This document shows positions 53,629 through 56,690 of a stretch of 56,690 nt of DNA, one piece after another; the stretch's first letter is position 1, and each line of letters opens with the position of its first letter. The translations under genes were made by a program, and so were the position numbers. This DNA comes from Candidatus Thalassarchaeum sp. (GTDB lineage: Archaea; Thermoplasmatota; Poseidoniia; Poseidoniales; Thalassarchaeaceae). The notes beneath the pieces were generated by a model, which saw only the letters and a list, made by a program, of their open reading frames with translations, did not search any database and was not told the origin of the DNA. Where the stretch lies: positions 1 to 56,690 of the forward strand of contig JASMMD010000003.1 of NCBI GenBank assembly GCA_030748335.1, read 5' to 3'.

Positions 53629-53756
53629 CCCGAAGTTCCAGCAGTTCTGATTGGCTATAACTGCTCGGGGTGCCGAGTGCTCGCGCGCGCCCCTTACGCG
53701 CACACGAGTAGGACGCCGAAACACGCCCCTAAGTCATATTATCAGAACACCGCTGC

Positions 53757-54206
53757 TCATCCCATAGCGTCGCGGGCGGCTTGTGCCCTGTTCCACAGTC
53801 CCTTCTCCTCGTCCGTGGATGGCGAGAATTGCGGGATTTCCGTCGGACTCATCTCAGAGTCGACTGCAACCATGAAGAAGAAGCCAGAGCAAATCTCCTC
53901 GCCCTCCCACTCAGAGCGCGAGAGTCGGCATGAGATCACATGAACGCCAGCGGTGTGCGGCGAGGTCCAGACGACCCTCGAGGTGGTGCGGATGATGTCC
54001 CCCTGATAGGCCGGTCTGCGGAACTTGAGAGCGTCGACGGACACGGTCACGAATTCCTTGTGCGCATACTTGCTCGAAACCATACCGGCAGCGGTATCCA
54101 TAATCGACATCAGACGACCCCCGTATAGAGTATCCATCGAGTTGGTATGTCCAGGAAACACTTCGTTCAGCAGCACGACGGGCTCGAGGGAGTAGGGTTC
54201 GGACAT
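53757..54206 (-). CDS. Acyl-CoA thioesterase (hotdog fold, YciA/Acot-like)
   Basis: VLLNEVFPGHTNSMDTLYGGRLMSIMDTAAGMVSSKY is typical. ATG at 54206 preferred over GTG at 54233. Confidence 0.75.
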   Translation of the reverse strand: MSEPYSLEPVVLLNEVFPGHTNSMDTLYGGRLMSIMDTAAGMVSSKYAHKEFVTVSVDALKFRRPAYQGDIIRTTSRVVWTSPHTAGVHVISCRLSRSEWEGEEICSGFFFMVAVDSEMSPTEIPQFSPSTDEEKGLWNRAQAARDAMG

Positions 54207-54262
54207 GACTCTCAAACGGTCTCGAGAGCCCACCCCCCTTCAATCCTACATTTCGGCAATCT

Positions 54263-55120
54263 TTGTTGAATCGGTTCTTTGACCGTTGTCTTCAATCGAG
54301 GGTGGCCGCTCGCAGCCCCGTGGAAGTGCCACAGCTGCGTTGGAATCCGACCGTCTTAGACGACCCCGACGGAGGCCGCATCGTGTTGTGGCCGCACCTC
54401 CCTTGCGTTCGCATGCCGAACTCACTGAGGTACCGGGAATCGTGGGACGGCCTCGCACTGCTGTTCAGCCTCAGCGATCTCAGTGGGTGGAGGCATGACG
54501 AGAAGCAGGACAGGGAGAGCCCCGGCGTGCACATCGAGGCCGCCATAGCCTCGGGAACAGTGCTGGGGCGGCTGATGAAGGACCTGCAGGAGTACGACGT
54601 CGATGGCCCGAAGATTCCCGATCCGGAGCAGGTCCGACTACTGTTTCACGCCGACAATGCTAGGGGCGGCATGCCAATCTACGCCATCGAGCCGGAGTTG
54701 GATGACTCGGACTGGGCGGATTGGGAGGGTAGGAGCGCCGACGAGAAGTCGCGGGTGTCCAATCTGCTAGCGACCCTAACAACCTCGCGTCGCTGGCGCA
54801 AGACCCGCTCGGCGGCGGTTCAGATGGTCGAGAGGCCGAATGACGCGGACCCAGACCTAGGGGCCGCTGCGGCATCATGCGCGGCTTGGTGGATTGAGGA
54901 GCAGGGGGCCTTGACAGCCGAGCTATTATCGGAGCGCAACAACCGCTTCGCCTCCCGTTTGAGGGGCGCACTCGCAGAATTGAGGAACAGCAGGGTTGAT
55001 GATGCGGAGGCATCTGACTCTACCTTGCTGGTACCGGTCCACCAAGCATGGCTGCCCTCCTTGGAGGCTGCAGTCGCTGCTTGGCCGGACCTGGAACCGG
55101 TGAGCAGGGAGGAGAGATGA
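54263..55120 (+). CDS. Hypothetical protein, weakly TraB/GumN-like at the C-terminus
   Basis: ERNNRFASRLRGAL....TLLVPVHQAWLPSLEAAV is reminiscent of the TraB-family ERDxxMAxxL...VGxGH layout. Start uncertain (TTG at 54263). Confidence 0.35.
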   Translation: MLNRFFDRCLQSRVAARSPVEVPQLRWNPTVLDDPDGGRIVLWPHLPCVRMPNSLRYRESWDGLALLFSLSDLSGWRHDEKQDRESPGVHIEAAIASGTVLGRLMKDLQEYDVDGPKIPDPEQVRLLFHADNARGGMPIYAIEPELDDSDWADWEGRSADEKSRVSNLLATLTTSRRWRKTRSAAVQMVERPNDADPDLGAAAASCAAWWIEEQGALTAELLSERNNRFASRLRGALAELRNSRVDDAEASDSTLLVPVHQAWLPSLEAAVAAWPDLEPVSREER

Positions 55121-55647
55121 TGGAGGAAGGCAGGATAGTGGTCGCGATTGAGACCCAGACATTCAGGTTCACTCCATCGTCGCCGATTGACCATCAGGAT
55201 GCCGTGTCGATGGCCGGTGGCACGAGGAGCGGCCCCTATGTCGTGGTGAGCCACGAGCAGCCCCGAGCCACCTTCGTCGTGGAGCCGGAGGGTTCCGTGC
55301 TCGTGCACGGCATCGCCAGAGCCGAGGTCGCGAGAATCGCCATTCAGGAGTTGCTGCTGACGCTGGGGATGTCTGAGGAGAACCTGACGATGGAGATGGG
55401 AGGTATGCTGATTAGGTTCTCAATGGGCAGGGCGGTGATGATCGAGCTTGCAGCCGAGAGGTTCGCCGACATCGAGTTCGACGATAGGCTAGGGGCCCTG
55501 AGAATCAACGCCGCGCTGCACAACGCACAGATTCTGCTGTTCAACAACGGCCTTGGTGTCGTACTGGGCCAGTCCTCAAAGAAGATTGCCGAGATGGCGG
55601 TGCGGCACTGGGCAGGACTTCTCGACGAAGAGGGAGCCCTAGCGTGA
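55117..55647 (+). CDS. Divergent two-repeat TBP-fold (TATA-binding-protein-like) protein
   Basis: 176 aa with an internal duplication. The second half, FSMGRAVMIELAAERFADIEFDDRLGALRINAALHNAQILLFNNGLGVVLGQSSKKIAEMAVRHW, aligns by eye with the TBP repeat pattern (..EYEPEQFPGxxYR...xxxLLFSSGKxVxTGAKS..A.......). ATGA overlap with the upstream gene. Confidence 0.45.
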   Translation: MMEEGRIVVAIETQTFRFTPSSPIDHQDAVSMAGGTRSGPYVVVSHEQPRATFVVEPEGSVLVHGIARAEVARIAIQELLLTLGMSEENLTMEMGGMLIRFSMGRAVMIELAAERFADIEFDDRLGALRINAALHNAQILLFNNGLGVVLGQSSKKIAEMAVRHWAGLLDEEGALA

Positions 55648-55651
55648 GAGC

Positions 55652-56536
55652 ATGCTGACGGACGGGCGCTGGAAAGGCCCCATCCTCGACCAGCACATGC
55701 ATCTGGATAGGTCCAACAGGTTCCTCGACGCGGTTTCTGAATTCTCCCGGGCTGGAGGCACCGGGATTATGCTCGTCCACAAGCCCGGCTTCTCCTCAGA
55801 ACTGCCCACCGACCTAGACGGATATCGGGCAGCCTACTCGGAAACACTCTCGATGGCTGAGGAGGTCAGGGCGTCAGGGATAGAAGCAGGAGTCATACTG
55901 GGCCCGCATCCAGTGGCATGGGAGCACCAGATTGAGCCGCTCGGCCTGGCGAGAGCGACCGAACTCCATCTAGAGGCTGTGGGCTTGGCGCTAGACCACA
56001 TCGAGGCCGGTAATGCCGTCTGCCTTGGTGAGGTCGGCAGGCCACACTACCCGGTCTCCGACGAGACCTGGGAAGCTGCCAATGACATGCTCAGGGAGAT
56101 TATGGTCATGGCCGCTGCAGCGGGCACATCGGTACAGTTGCACGTTGAGGACAACGGTGCAGTCACTTACCGAGAGATTGCCGCGCTTTGCGACGATGCA
56201 GGCCTCGCCAGGGACAGAGCAATCCGCCACTATGCGCCCGCCGATGTCGGGGCTGACTTCACGCACGGCCTCGCTGCGACAGTCAGCGTGGGCAGTAGCA
56301 GCGTGGAGACGATTGCGGCCACCGCTACAAGCGCCAACGCTCCCTGGGGGATGGAGACCGACTTCCTCGACGATCCGCGTAGGCCTGGCGCAGTGCTTGG
56401 GCCCAAGATTGTCCCCAAGCGCACGCAACAACTGTGCTCCGCGTTGCTGGAGGCAAATTGGGAAGAGGAAGAGGTCAGCGATTTGATGACGAAGATTCAC
56501 AGCGACTGGCCCTCACGGCTTTACTCTACTCAGTAA
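55652..56536 (+). CDS. TatD-related metal-dependent hydrolase (archaeal TatD family)
   Basis: ILDQHMHLDRSN at the N-terminus, later GEVGRPHY, QLHVED and a downstream Asp. TIM-barrel amidohydrolase pattern. Confidence 0.65.
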   Translation: MLTDGRWKGPILDQHMHLDRSNRFLDAVSEFSRAGGTGIMLVHKPGFSSELPTDLDGYRAAYSETLSMAEEVRASGIEAGVILGPHPVAWEHQIEPLGLARATELHLEAVGLALDHIEAGNAVCLGEVGRPHYPVSDETWEAANDMLREIMVMAAAAGTSVQLHVEDNGAVTYREIAALCDDAGLARDRAIRHYAPADVGADFTHGLAATVSVGSSSVETIAATATSANAPWGMETDFLDDPRRPGAVLGPKIVPKRTQQLCSALLEANWEEEEVSDLMTKIHSDWPSRLYSTQ

Positions 56537-56690
56537 TTCGTTGGATTCTAGGGCCGATTAGCAACCCCGCCCCCACCACGAACAGAACTAGGGTCAGGAA
56601 GAATCCCTGGAATTCCCCCAGCGGGACCTCGTATCCGAGTTCCGAGAGCACCATCCTCCACAACGGGCCGTTGATTGGCATGAACATGAG
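56526..56690 (-). CDS. C-terminal fragment of a membrane protein (gene starts beyond the right edge)
   Basis: Manual minus-strand translation: ..MFMPINGPLWRMVLSELGYEVPLGEFQGFFLTLVLFVVGAGLLIGPRIQRITE, stop at 56526-56528. Overlaps the tatD-like 3' end by 11 nt (convergent). Confidence 0.45.
   Translation of the reverse strand, partial: LMFMPINGPLWRMVLSELGYEVPLGEFQGFFLTLVLFVVGAGLLIGPRIQRITE

Overview
Gene-dense window (about 58 CDS, 3 tRNAs; no rRNA, CRISPR array, transposase or integrase seen). It reads as a chromosomal segment of an aerobic, heterotrophic archaeon. Archaeal hallmarks are a thermosome, Orc1/Cdc6, Bud32, archaeal-type PPAT plus DUF359 dephospho-CoA kinase, and an HTH_10 regulator. 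The proteome is very acidic, with exported peptidases, a sequon-rich giant surface protein and beta-oxidation genes, so my guess is a marine Euryarchaeota lineage such as Poseidoniales/MG-II; this is inference only. Content by region: (1) 0-21 kb is housekeeping: thermosome, hsp20-dnaK, M17 and M14 peptidases, agmatinase, ALDH, kinases, crotonase, ITPase, Bud32, NadA, Mrp-like ATPase. (2) 21.4-22.1 kb holds tRNA-Gly(GCC), an ACT-domain gene, tRNA-Gly(CCC) and tRNA-Pro(CGG). (3) 22-25 kb is a BoxB-like diiron oxygenase operon. (4) 25-33 kb is a respiratory island with coxC-coxB-coxA and a three-domain NirK. (5) 33-40 kb carries CoA/FAD enzymes, moaE/moaC, and glpX plus class I fba. (6) 40-47 kb has two small winged-helix paralogs, an AT-rich island, an 873-aa wHTH orphan, a 330-bp unassigned gap, a fused PPAT-DPCK, and orc1/cdc6 with an AT-rich candidate origin. 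(7) 47-56.7 kb is mixed metabolism plus a divergent TBP-fold protein. Most interesting to me: the oxidase subunit I is fused to an exported Reeler-like CxCH domain, and the same domain recurs as a free-standing anchored paralog next to an HTH_10 regulator. CGAA-N4-TTCG-type palindromes are shared by the cox, paralog and nirK promoters. The wHTH/AT-rich block at 40-44 kb and the PPAT-DPCK fusion are next. All calls come from reading the ORF translations and the DNA by eye; no database search was run.
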